Under the pieces are notes generated by a model. The model had not been told where the DNA came from and did no database searches. It was given only the letters and a program-made list of their open reading frames with translations. A stretch of 64,000 bases of DNA from NCBI GenBank assembly GCA_963799775.1, contig CAWCYD010000003.1, forward strand, positions 288,001-352,000, read 5' to 3'. This DNA comes from an uncultured archaeon (lineage in GTDB: Archaea > Thermoproteota > Nitrososphaeria > Nitrososphaerales > Gagatemarchaeaceae). A program made the translations under genes and the position numbers. This document shows, one piece after another, positions 62,069 through 64,000 of the stretch (positions are counted from its first letter, which is position 1; each line of letters starts with the position of its first letter).

Positions 62069-62733
62069 TTGAACTCGACCAGAGGGTGTTTCTCTTTGAG
62101 CTTCACGACTTTGACGTAGATCGACCCATGTTCGTCGATCCGCTTGCTAAAGTCGGTGTCCGCCAACCTCGAAGCCGAGTACCTGACAAAGCCCGATGTC
62201 GGCTCCTTCTCGAGCCTGCAGTAGAAGAAGAGGGAGGCCTCCTCAAAGTCGTCGAGGCGGGCGAAGCAGCCCGTAATCCAGCTCGTGCCGTTCTTGAAGG
62301 TGTAAAGGGGGAGGGGCGGCTCCTCGTAGAGCATCTTGTAGGAGGCGATTTTCATCAGGTTTGCAAGGTCTGAGACCTGCGCGGCCAGGAACCTTGCCTT
62401 GAACCCCTGTCTCTTCTCGAGGACGCGAGGGAGTTTCAAGACGTGCACGATGGGCGCGTACATGTACGAGGGGTTGAGGGCAGCCTCGACGAGCTGGGCC
62501 TCCTCTGTCTCTCCCGAGCTCCTGTAGGCGATGAACTCGCCGCCTTTCTCGACCTCGATGTAGTAGAAGATGGGGATCCCCATGAAAAGATCTGTCTGGA
62601 CGGCTAGCCTGTACTTGCTCCCTTCCTTAGACATGAAGATTGGGAAGGGCGCCCTCTCGAACGCGCAGGAGAGCCGTGCGAGGTCGGTGAGGCTCGTGAG
62701 CTCGACGAAGCAGGCACCAATTATTCGCTTCAT
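62065..62733 (-). CDS. hypothetical protein with two similar halves
   Basis: SLTDLARL...PFPIF and DLANLMKI...PLPLY repeated pattern; overlaps the pyrF start. Confidence 0.7.
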   Translation of the reverse strand: MKRIIGACFVELTSLTDLARLSCAFERAPFPIFMSKEGSKYRLAVQTDLFMGIPIFYYIEVEKGGEFIAYRSSGETEEAQLVEAALNPSYMYAPIVHVLKLPRVLEKRQGFKARFLAAQVSDLANLMKIASYKMLYEEPPLPLYTFKNGTSWITGCFARLDDFEEASLFFYCRLEKEPTSGFVRYSASRLADTDFSKRIDEHGSIYVKVVKLKEKHPLVEFK

Positions 62734-62825
62734 ACCTACTGCCTCGGCTCTAGGTTTCGCTGACAAACTCTGCGCTCGCAATTCTTGGTCTTTAATAATG
62801 TTCGCAATTCTTTGAGGCCTAGCCG

Positions 62826-63239
62826 ATGCAATCGCGGACGAGCGACGGGGTCCAGACCATTCCTCCAGAGGACCGCCAAAGGTTCAGCAAGCGCGCGCTG
62901 ACCCTACAAGCGATGCTCTCGACCGGAGAGCCGAGCGACGATGTCGTCTGGCGGGCATATTCCGAGACTGAGAAACTGATCGCGATCCTGAAGTTCAAGA
63001 CGGGCTACGAGACCCCGGGCGTCTTCACAAAGCTTCCCGACGCCAAAGACACCAGGCGCTTGGTCAAGAATGCAGTCGAGTTGCTCGTGGCCTCTGCCGA
63101 CGTGCTAGAGAAGGGGGAGGTCGTCACATCCATAGAGACCCTGCGAGGTGCTCGGAACAACCTCAGGAGCTATCTGAGGGCAAAGCGAAGGCTCGCAGCC
63201 AGGCCTTCGAAAGGAACAGATTCAGCGGCTAGCCGGTAG
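62826..63239 (+). CDS. hypothetical helical protein
   Basis: 137 aa; TTTAATAA about 30 nt upstream. Confidence 0.65.
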   Translation: MQSRTSDGVQTIPPEDRQRFSKRALTLQAMLSTGEPSDDVVWRAYSETEKLIAILKFKTGYETPGVFTKLPDAKDTRRLVKNAVELLVASADVLEKGEVVTSIETLRGARNNLRSYLRAKRRLAARPSKGTDSAASR

Positions 63240-63615
63240 ACTCTTTCTCGGTGGTCTTCGGGGGAGTCTTTTCCTCGTCGGAGGCCTTCTCCTCCTCCTT
63301 CTCTGGTTTCGTCTCCTCCTTCTTCTCCTTGGCCTTCTTCTCTGGTTTCTCTTCCTCTTCCTCCTCCGCCTCTAGCTCGACCAGCCTGAGTTCTCCGGCC
63401 TCTACCAGCACCCTGTAGTCGCTCCTTACCTTCTCAATGCTGAGGAACCTCTTGATGTAGGTCTTGACCTGCCTTGATCCCACTCCCTTCCTGAGCGACT
63501 TGTCCTCGATGTCCATCTCTCCCCCGCTGACCTCTCCTTTGGTGCCGATCCTAGGCTCCAAGAAGGCCGCGAGCTGGCCCCCTTTGTCCTTGAGGGTGCC
63601 GAGAAGTATCTTCAT
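63229..63615 (-). CDS. eL22-like ribosomal protein with acidic/Lys-rich tail
   Basis: LAAFLEPRI...[24 protein letters not shown] resembles the eL22 pattern; TTATAA about 32 nt upstream of ATG 63615. Confidence 0.6.
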   Translation of the reverse strand: MKILLGTLKDKGGQLAAFLEPRIGTKGEVSGGEMDIEDKSLRKGVGSRQVKTYIKRFLSIEKVRSDYRVLVEAGELRLVELEAEEEEEEKPEKKAKEKKEETKPEKEEEKASDEEKTPPKTTEKESTG

Positions 63616-63655
63616 GGCTTGTTCTGCTGACCCCTCCTCCATGTGATTATAACGA

Positions 63656-64000
63656 TTATCGTCCTAGCCTTCTCCGACGTCTCTGGTAGGTGCCTGATCG
63701 CGCGAAGGAGGTCTATCTTGCGGAACGCCGGCCAGTAGACATCTAGGAAGACAAGCTCGCTGTATGCTCCCTGCCACAAGAGGAAACCGCTCGTCCGCTC
63801 CTCCCCGGATGTCCTGATGATCAGGTCCGGCTCCGGGTTCGGCAGGTGCGAGGTGTAGAGCCTTTGGGCGATGGTCTCCTCTGTGATGCTCTCAGGAGAC
63901 AAGATACCTTTCTTGACGTCCTCAGCGATCCCTCTCACGGAGTCGGTAATCTCGGTCCTCCCCCCGTAGGCGACGGCTATGTTGAGGAAGTGCCCGTCGA
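63656..64000 (-). CDS. uppS: polyprenyl diphosphate synthase (cis-prenyltransferase), partial
   Basis: [41 protein letters not shown]; frameshift ~63692. Confidence 0.95.

Noticed and set aside
173-63700. Widespread frameshifts as programmed frameshifting or pseudogenisation
   Set aside because: They hit essential genes (rpoA, radA, guaA, asnS, rpl30e) at scattered positions with no shared slippery motif, which is typical of unpolished long-read indels.
1-64000. CRISPR array, cas genes, rRNA, provirus or integrase
   Set aside because: I saw no regularly spaced repeats, rRNA motifs or viral/integrase ORFs; the only RuvC nuclease has IS605-type ends.

Overview
GC-rich archaeal chromosome segment, most likely a non-ammonia-oxidising Nitrososphaerota (Thaumarchaeota) lineage; the basis is the unsplit RNA polymerase A subunit, L13e, RadA, an S53 peptidase and heme A synthesis genes. 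It opens with rpoB(3' end)-rpoA-rpl30e-nusA-rps12-rps7 and EF-1alpha. Housekeeping and metabolic genes follow: hisC, lhr, ggt, guaB-guaA-add, sod, ogg, ctaB/ctaA, asnS, radA, ino1, pyrF and uppS. Four insertion sequences have definable ends (a TnpB-only IS200/IS605 element, an ISH3 element and two IS5/IS903-like elements), and all four lie in divergent intergenic regions. Many genes, including essential ones, carry single-base frameshifts, which I read as long-read assembly errors. Most notable: (1) a four-gene operon with a split MetE pair, a second MesA-like core methionine synthase fused to a DUF4346-like domain, and MetF; (2) a tRNA-Tyr with three BHB introns that the ORF track does not show; (3) an eL22-like ribosomal protein; (4) several unannotated small genes, including a Cys-rich metallothionein-like peptide. 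Family assignments come from motifs I recognise, not from database searches.
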